Shown here: in pieces, positions 57,743-64,000 of the stretch
Layout of the letters: each line of letters starts with the position of its first letter
How positions within the stretch are numbered: position 1 is the stretch's first letter
DNA from: Candidatus Latescibacterota bacterium
Lineage (GTDB): Bacteria; Latescibacterota; UBA2968; UBA8231
Direction of reading: 5' to 3'
Length of the DNA stretch: 64,000 nucleotides
NCBI GenBank assembly: GCA_965261395.1
Contig: OZ253462.1
Span: 1-64,000 of the forward strand
The notes under the pieces: generated by a model
What the model was told of the DNA's origin: nothing
What the model saw: only the letters and a program-made list of their open reading frames with translations
The model's database searches: none
Position numbers and translations under genes: made by a program

Positions 57743-58489
57743 TCATTCTTTTGCGTGTACTGCTTGGCTCAGGGCGCACAAGCGCTGCTGATCGTCTTCG
57801 ACGACGCTGCCCGTGACGACGAAGCCCGCACCGGCCTCCACCTTGGCCCGCGCCACCCCTGGGTCGCGAATGCCGCCACCGACGACAACCGGCACCGAGA
57901 CGCAATCGGCTACCGCGCTCACCATTTCGTCGGGCACAGCAGCGCACGCGCCGCTGCCGGTCTCTAGATAAATAAGCCGCATGCCCAAGTACTCGGCTGC
58001 CAAGGCGTGGGCCATGGCAATGTCGATCTTGTCGCGCGGAATGGGCCGGGTATCGCTCATAAATTCCACGGAAGTCAGGGTCCCGGACTCGACCAGCATA
58101 TACCCGGTGGGAATGGCCTCAATGCCGTACTCGCGGATCAAGGGGGCGGCCTTGACGTGCTCGCCGATCAAGAGCTCGGGGTTGCGCCCGCTGACCAGCG
58201 ACAGGAAGAGGATCGCATCGGCCGTGGGCACCACCTGACCCGAGCTCCCGGGAAAGCTGATCACCGGCACATCGACCTTGGCCCGGACGCGCTCGAAACA
58301 GATCGCGTTGCGAGACGAGAACATCAGGCTCGTGCCGATGAGGATGGCGTCGGCCCCGGCCGCAACGCAGCGCTGGGCGCGAGCCTCCAATTCGTCTGGA
58401 GCCAACCGATCTGGATCTAGCAAGGGCAGATAGCCAGCGCCACGGCGGTGGCGGATGTCCAGTAGGTATTGCAGTACGCTGCTAGTCAC
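57743..58489 (-). CDS. Geranylgeranylglyceryl-phosphate synthase (group II GGGPS/PcrB family)
   Basis: LLDPD, FPG, SLVSGRNPELLIG, GYMLVESG, YLETGSGA, VGGGIR. Confidence 0.88.
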   Translation of the reverse strand: MTSSVLQYLLDIRHRRGAGYLPLLDPDRLAPDELEARAQRCVAAGADAILIGTSLMFSSRNAICFERVRAKVDVPVISFPGSSGQVVPTADAILFLSLVSGRNPELLIGEHVKAAPLIREYGIEAIPTGYMLVESGTLTSVEFMSDTRPIPRDKIDIAMAHALAAEYLGMRLIYLETGSGACAAVPDEMVSAVADCVSVPVVVGGGIRDPGVARAKVEAGAGFVVTGSVVEDDQQRLCALSQAVHAKE

Positions 58490-58501
58490 GAATCAGCTCG
58501 C

Positions 58502-61111
58502 CTATTTTAGCTGCTGCTCGACGATGCACGCCACTTGCTCTAGCGCCTCGTCTAGTTTGCCTGGGTCGCGTCCGCCAGCCTGGGCCAAGTGCGCCTTGCC
58601 GCCACCCGAGCCGCCGGCTAGCTGCGCCACGCCGCGCACAATGTCGCCGGCCTTGAGACCGCGGCCCTTAATCAAATCGTCGGTAACAACGGCGATAAAG
58701 GAAACCTTGCCGCCGATATCCGCTCCCAAGACGCCGACCCCCGAGCCCAAGCTCTCGCGCAGTCCGTCGGCCATGGCTCGCAGGCTAGGCACGTCCTCTG
58801 CCTCGGTGCGCCGCGCCACAACCGTGACCCCTTCCACTTCGCGCGCTCCATTCGACAGATCGCTCGTCTCTAACGCCGCGACCCGACGCCGCAACCCGTC
58901 GAGGGACCGCTCCAACTGGCGGTTGCGCCCCAAGAGCGCCTCGATTTTGTCCGCCAATTCTTCGGGCGCGGCATTGAGCCGGGTGCCCAAATCCGCCAAC
59001 ACCTGCCGCCGCAGGCGGACGGCGCGCTCGGCTCCCGCGCCGGTCAACGCCTCGCTGCGGCGAACGCCAGCGGCAATGCCGCTTTCGGAGAGCAAATCGA
59101 ATGCGCCGATCTCGCCGGTCGAGCGCACATGGGTGCCGCCGCACAGTTCGAGACTAAAGTCGCCGATCCGCACAACCCGGACTTGGTCGTCGTATTTTTC
59201 GCCGAAGAGCGCCTGCGCCCCCATCGCCTTGGCTTTTTCCAGCTCCTCTTGGAAGGTGCTCACTGCTAGATCGGCGCGAATCTGCTCGTTGACTCGCTCC
59301 TCGATTTCGCGCAACTGCTCGGGATCAACCGAGGCAAAATGCGAAAAGTCAAAGCGCAAGCGGTCCGGTGCGACCAGCGAACCCATCTGACCTACGTGGT
59401 CGCCGAGGGTCTGCCGCAGCGACTCGTGCAACAGGTGGGTCGCCGTGTGGTTGCGCTCGGCGTCCCTGCGGGCCTGGCGATCAACGCGGGCAACCACTGT
59501 GCCTGCCAACGCTTCGGTCTCACCTTCCACTAGGCGACCTTTGTGGACGATGCCGCCGCGCGCCTTCTGCACGTCTTCGACTTCGACGACAAAACCTTCG
59601 CCCTCGATTCGCCCTCGGTCGCCGACCTGGCCCCCCGCCTCCGCGTAGAAAGGGGTCCGGTCCAGCACGAGCCATACTCGACTATCTTCGTCTCCTTCGG
59701 CCTGTACCACCTGAGCCTCTATTTCCAACTCGTCGTAGCCGACGAAGAGCGAATGTGCTTCCTCCAAGGCATCGCCGATGCCTTCGGTAGCGCTAAACTG
59801 TGCGCGGGTGGCCCGACGCGCCCGCTGCCGCTGAGCTTCAAGCTCGTGATCGAAGGCCTCCTGCTCGACCAGCGGGATGCCCTGCTCTCGGGCCATTAGC
59901 TCCGTCAAGTCCAGCGGAAAACCATAGGTATCGTAGAGTTGGAAGGCATCGCCGCCGGTAATCTGTCCCTTGGCGGCGAACCGCGCGAAGATATCCAAGC
60001 CGCGGTCGAGGGTTTTGCCGAAACTCTCCTCCTCGGAACGGATCACCAAGTCGATGTGGTCCTTCTTAGTGGCAACCTCCGGGAAGACATGGCCCATGGT
60101 TTCGCCCAACGTGCCAACTAGCTGATGAATAAAGGGATCGTGCTGATCGAGCTGGCGGGCGTAACGCGCAGCGCGGCGCAGGATGCGGCGCAGGACGTAG
60201 CCACGGCCCTCGTTGGAGGGCATTACTCCATCGGCCATGGCGAAGCTGAGCGTGCGCACATGGTCGGCGATGACCTGCATGGGAACGCGGCGCTCGCCGC
60301 CGTATTCTTTGCCCGTCAACTCGGCAATGCGGCCGATGAGCGGCTGGAAGACATCGGTCTCGTAGTTGCTCTCGGTCCCCTGTAAGAGGCTGCATATCCG
60401 CTCAAAGCCCATGCCGGTATCCACGTGCTTCTCAGGCAGGGATTCCAGTGCCCCTGTATCATCGCGGTTATACTGGATGAAGACCAAGTTCCATATTTCA
60501 ACCAAGTCGCCGGTGTCGTCGATGAGCATACGGCTGTCCTGCGCGGCCAGATCGTCGCCTAGGTAGTAATGAATTTCAGAGCAGGGACCGCAAGGGCCGG
60601 TCGCGCCCATTTCCCAGAAGTTTTCCTTGGCCGGTAGGCGAACGACACGGCCCGGCAACAGGTCGGTGCATTCGTACCAGAACGCCTCGGCCTCCACGTC
60701 GGGTTCTACTGCGTCGTCGCCCACAAAGACGGTGGCCCAGAGCCGCTCCTTGTCTAGGCCAAAGCGCTCGGTAATTAACTCCCACCCCCACTCAATGGCC
60801 TCTTTTTTGAAATAGTCGCCAAAGGACCAGTTGCCCAGCATCTCAAAGAAGGTGTGGTGCCAAGGGCTGTAGCCGACTTCGTCGAGGTCATTGTGCTTGC
60901 CCGAAACCCGAATAACCTTCTGCGTATCAACCGCTCGGGTGTAGTCGCGCCGGCCCAAGCCCAAAAAGACATCCTTGAACTGGTTCATGCCGGCGTTGGT
61001 GAAATAGAGCGTGGGATCATCCTGCGGCACGACCGGCGCACTTGGTACGCGCACGTGGTCCTTACCTTCGAAAAAACGGAGGAAGGTCTCCCTAATCTCC
61101 TTCGACTTCAT
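58502..61111 (-). CDS. alaS: Alanine--tRNA ligase
   Basis: FTNAGMNQFK, HHTFFEMLGNWSFGDYFK, HTATHLLH, ELCGGTH. Confidence 0.98.
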   Translation of the reverse strand: MKSKEIRETFLRFFEGKDHVRVPSAPVVPQDDPTLYFTNAGMNQFKDVFLGLGRRDYTRAVDTQKVIRVSGKHNDLDEVGYSPWHHTFFEMLGNWSFGDYFKKEAIEWGWELITERFGLDKERLWATVFVGDDAVEPDVEAEAFWYECTDLLPGRVVRLPAKENFWEMGATGPCGPCSEIHYYLGDDLAAQDSRMLIDDTGDLVEIWNLVFIQYNRDDTGALESLPEKHVDTGMGFERICSLLQGTESNYETDVFQPLIGRIAELTGKEYGGERRVPMQVIADHVRTLSFAMADGVMPSNEGRGYVLRRILRRAARYARQLDQHDPFIHQLVGTLGETMGHVFPEVATKKDHIDLVIRSEEESFGKTLDRGLDIFARFAAKGQITGGDAFQLYDTYGFPLDLTELMAREQGIPLVEQEAFDHELEAQRQRARRATRAQFSATEGIGDALEEAHSLFVGYDELEIEAQVVQAEGDEDSRVWLVLDRTPFYAEAGGQVGDRGRIEGEGFVVEVEDVQKARGGIVHKGRLVEGETEALAGTVVARVDRQARRDAERNHTATHLLHESLRQTLGDHVGQMGSLVAPDRLRFDFSHFASVDPEQLREIEERVNEQIRADLAVSTFQEELEKAKAMGAQALFGEKYDDQVRVVRIGDFSLELCGGTHVRSTGEIGAFDLLSESGIAAGVRRSEALTGAGAERAVRLRRQVLADLGTRLNAAPEELADKIEALLGRNRQLERSLDGLRRRVAALETSDLSNGAREVEGVTVVARRTEAEDVPSLRAMADGLRESLGSGVGVLGADIGGKVSFIAVVTDDLIKGRGLKAGDIVRGVAQLAGGSGGGKAHLAQAGGRDPGKLDEALEQVACIVEQQLK

Positions 61112-61580
61112 TAGCTAACTCCTGCCATACCTGTTCGACCGCTGCTCTGGCCATTTCCTGATCGCAACCACGCCGGGCCAAAAAGCCCAGCATCCGACGC
61201 TTGGCCTTGTCGGGTGCCAATCCCCGGTAGCGCCAAGCCTGCTTGCTCAGTAATTCGACCGCCCGATCGCCCGAATCGAGCGCGGTGGCGTACTCGGCGA
61301 TGACCTCGTCAACTACACCTGCGGCCACGCCTTTGTACCTGAGATCCTGGGCTAGTTTACGCGCGCCATGGGCCCGCTGCAACCGCGCCTCAACCCAGCG
61401 CCGGGCAAACTCGCGGTCGTCGAGAAGCTTCTGGCGCTGTAAGTCGGCAACGACCTCGGCGACGACCTCGGCGGCAAAGTCTTTCTCCTTTAGCTTGTCC
61501 CGCACCTCAGCTACAGACCGCGCCCTATAGCTGAGATAGCGATAGGCGGCGTCCTTGGCCTTTTGCAGTTGGTCGTCCAC
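61092..61580 (-). CDS. recX: Regulatory protein RecX
   Basis: LSYRARS..E, LDDREFA, FLARRG; downstream of recA. Confidence 0.9.
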   Translation of the reverse strand: MDDQLQKAKDAAYRYLSYRARSVAEVRDKLKEKDFAAEVVAEVVADLQRQKLLDDREFARRWVEARLQRAHGARKLAQDLRYKGVAAGVVDEVIAEYATALDSGDRAVELLSKQAWRYRGLAPDKAKRRMLGFLARRGCDQEMARAAVEQVWQELANEVEGD

Positions 61581-62645
61581 TTATTCGTCTGCCTCGCCGA
61601 CCTCGTTTTGTCCTACCGCAACCTCGAGTCCCAACTCGACGCGCAACTTGTGCTCTATCTCCGAGGCTACTGTTGGATTCTCGAGCAGAAAAGTCCGGGC
61701 GTTGTCTCGGCCCTGCCCCAAGCGCTCGCCATTGTAGGAAAACCACGACCCGCTCTTGTCAACAAGCCCTTTGGCGACGCCGATGTCGATCAAATCTCCC
61801 TCCCAAGAAATGCCGATCTGGTCGCCGTGGAAAATCAGGTCGAATTCGGCTTCGCGAAAGGGGGGGGCCACTTTGTTTTTGACGACCTTGACCCGAGTGC
61901 GATTGCCAATATCGAGATCTCCATCTTTGATGCGGGCGATGCGGCGGATGTCGATGCGCACCGAGGCGTAGAAGGGCAGAGCGCGCCCGCCAGTGGTGGT
62001 CTCCGGGTTGCCGAACATTACGCCGATCTTCATGCGCAACTGGTTGAGGAAAATCAGACACGTATTCGAGCGGTTGATGGAGCCAGCGAGCTTGCGCAGG
62101 GCCTGGGACATCAGCCGCGCGTGCAACCCCATGTGCGAATCGCCCATATCGCCTTCCAACTCGGCCTGGGGCACTAGCGCTGCTACCGAGTCCACCACGA
62201 TCATATCAAAGGCACCACTGCGCACCAAGGTATCGACGATTTCGAGAGCCTGCTCGCCCGAATCCGGCTGTGATATAATTAGGTTTTCTACATCGACGCC
62301 AATGCGCCGGGCGAAGCTAACGTCAAGGGCGTGTTCGGCGTCGATGAAAGCCGCCGTGCCGCCGCGCTTTTGCGACTCGCGGATGGCATGCAGCGCGAGC
62401 ATGGTCTTGCCCGCTCCCTCTGGACCGGATATTTCGACGATCCGCCCCTTGGGCAAGCCGCCGATGCCCAGCGCTGCATCTACAGCCAGCGATCCGGTCG
62501 AGATCGCCTCCACCTCTTGCACCCCACCCTCGTCGCCGAGGCGCATAATCGAGCCCTTGCCGTACTGCTTTTCAATCTGCGACATCGCCAGTTCCAGCGC
62601 TCTGGCCTTGTTGCCGTCTGCGCTGTGTCCGTTCGCTTTCGCCAT
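61581..62645 (-). CDS. recA: Recombinase A
   Basis: [36 protein letters not shown]. Confidence 0.98.
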   Translation of the reverse strand: MAKANGHSADGNKARALELAMSQIEKQYGKGSIMRLGDEGGVQEVEAISTGSLAVDAALGIGGLPKGRIVEISGPEGAGKTMLALHAIRESQKRGGTAAFIDAEHALDVSFARRIGVDVENLIISQPDSGEQALEIVDTLVRSGAFDMIVVDSVAALVPQAELEGDMGDSHMGLHARLMSQALRKLAGSINRSNTCLIFLNQLRMKIGVMFGNPETTTGGRALPFYASVRIDIRRIARIKDGDLDIGNRTRVKVVKNKVAPPFREAEFDLIFHGDQIGISWEGDLIDIGVAKGLVDKSGSWFSYNGERLGQGRDNARTFLLENPTVASEIEHKLRVELGLEVAVGQNEVGEADE

Positions 62646-62678
62646 GGGAATCCCCTCAATTAAAGTGTGGTATCGGTC

Positions 62679-63128
62679 CTAGCCCGCCCACTCGATCAAA
62701 TAGAACGACGAGCGAATAACTAAGTTGCTGTACAGGCCGGCGACTACGTCGTCGGCCACAATGCCCCACCCCCCGGGCAGGGCTTCTAACTGCCGCGCGG
62801 GGGGCGGCTTGACAATATCGAAGGCGCGAAAGACGAAGAAGCCCGCGATGGCCATCCCAGCGCCCGGGGGCAAAAATGCCACTGCGAAGAGAAAGCCCAC
62901 CCCTTCGTCAACGACGACCTGCCCAGGATCCTTGCCCCATTCCGGGGCCGCCCGGCCCGCGCAGTATACCCCAATGGCCGAGGCGACCAACAGCACACCG
63001 AGCCACTCCAGTATCCCCAAAGAAGGGGAAAATAACCAGTACAACAGAGCGATAAACGCGGTACCAGCCGTACCGGGTGCCCACGGGGCATAGCCGACAA
63101 AAAAAAGCGTGGCGATCAGTCGGTTCAG
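62679..63128 (-). CDS. pgpA: Phosphatidylglycerophosphatase A (possible CTG start)
   Basis: GYAPWAPGTAGT upstream of the track start; DPGQVVVDE, FRAFDIVKP, GIVADDVVAG. Confidence 0.88.
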   Translation of the reverse strand: MNRLIATLFFVGYAPWAPGTAGTAFIALLYWLFSPSLGILEWLGVLLVASAIGVYCAGRAAPEWGKDPGQVVVDEGVGFLFAVAFLPPGAGMAIAGFFVFRAFDIVKPPPARQLEALPGGWGIVADDVVAGLYSNLVIRSSFYLIEWAG

Positions 63129-63154
63129 AAGAAACGCGTTCCTCTACGCCGCGC

Positions 63155-63757
63155 TCAGGGTTCCTTGTAGGAAGAGGTCGCGCGGAACAGGTAGTGAAAA
63201 CCCGACAGCAGCGTCAGCAACAGCACCCCCGCCAACAGTGCATTGGCCAAAAGCTGGATTAGCTGGTCGTTGAGAAAGAAGAGATGACCTGCGGCAAAGC
63301 GCCCCATCGCCTCCTCAAGGCCAATGACGAAAAGTATGAAGATAACCGTGAAAAGCTGGACCGCGGTCTTCCACTTGGCCAAGCGCGAAGTGACCATGGG
63401 GCGACCCCGGTACAGCCCGTAGAGGCGCATACCCGTGATCAGGATGTCGCGCCCGACGATGGGCAAGACCAGCCAAAAATTGACCATTTCGTCCAACGCT
63501 AGGGCAACGAGGGCCGACGTTACCAAGATCTTGTCGGCCAACGGGTCCAAGAAGCGTCCCAGCGGCGTCACTTGGTTGCCTTCGCGCGCTAGTTTGCCAT
63601 CGTAGAAATCGGTCAGCGAGGCCGCGCTAAAGACGACGAAGGCAAGGCTTTTCAAATACCAGGTATCGGCGAACAGCAGCAGCAAAAACAGCGGCGTCAA
63701 ACCGATCCTGAGCGCGGTCAGTCCATTGGGCAGGTTAAAGATATCGCGTCGGTCCAT
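63155..63757 (-). CDS. pgsA: CDP-diacylglycerol--glycerol-3-phosphate 3-phosphatidyltransferase
   Basis: NLPNGLTALRI, TDFYDGKLAR...G.FLDPLADK, AKWKTAVQ. Confidence 0.92.
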   Translation of the reverse strand: MDRRDIFNLPNGLTALRIGLTPLFLLLLFADTWYLKSLAFVVFSAASLTDFYDGKLAREGNQVTPLGRFLDPLADKILVTSALVALALDEMVNFWLVLPIVGRDILITGMRLYGLYRGRPMVTSRLAKWKTAVQLFTVIFILFVIGLEEAMGRFAAGHLFFLNDQLIQLLANALLAGVLLLTLLSGFHYLFRATSSYKEP

Positions 63758-63764
63758 GACTACC

Positions 63765-64000
63765 TTACAGCAAAGATCGGCCGGCAAAGGCGAGCGAGAG
63801 GGTGACGCTGTCGGCCAAGTCCAAATCCGCGCCCACCGGCAGGCCGCGCGCCAACCTAGACACCTTGGTCAGCGGCATGAGTTGCTGAGCGATGAAGTGA
63901 GCGGTGGCATCGCCCTCGGCGTTGGCATTGAGCGCGAGCATTACCTCCTGTACGCTCTGCTGGCGCACGCGCTCGACCAAGGAGTCGATGTGCAAATCCT
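63765..64000 (-). CDS. recR: Recombination protein RecR (3' part)
   Basis: EVMLALNANAEGDATA..I...VSRLARGLPVG.DL...D..TL. Confidence 0.9.
   Translation of the reverse strand, partial: DLHIDSLVERVRQQSVQEVMLALNANAEGDATAHFIAQQLMPLTKVSRLARGLPVGADLDLADSVTLSLAFAGRSLL

Overview
GC-rich bacterial window. The gene content (porX-tsaE, FlgD-Ig/T9SS-CTD-like protein, ptsH-ptsI-metK, group II GGGP synthase, C-terminal 'TWxxIK' motif) suggests an FCB-superphylum organism such as Latescibacterota or Gemmatimonadota; this is an inference. Most of the window is housekeeping or metabolic: zwf-glk, glyA, a sugar ABC/xylulokinase cluster, copA and cusCBA-type metal efflux, hemH, degP, metK, PTS, alaS, recX-recA, pgpA-pgsA and recR. 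Two visibly lower-GC accessory islands stand out, each ending on the right in a related TATAGC-bounded MITE-like element. The first (~22.9-25.0 kb) holds an AlbA_2/Schlafen-domain gene and decayed hydrolase genes. The second (~32.9-36.7 kb) is the best candidate for a new system. On the minus strand it reads: unknown 578-aa protein; structured leader; unannotated 52-aa basic micro-protein with an in-frame tail behind its TAG; ~200 nt of densely paired non-coding sequence; prokaryotic viperin; truncated CMPK2-like nucleotide kinase. No CRISPR array, tRNA or rRNA was seen. Family assignments come from motif recognition by eye; no database searches were run.
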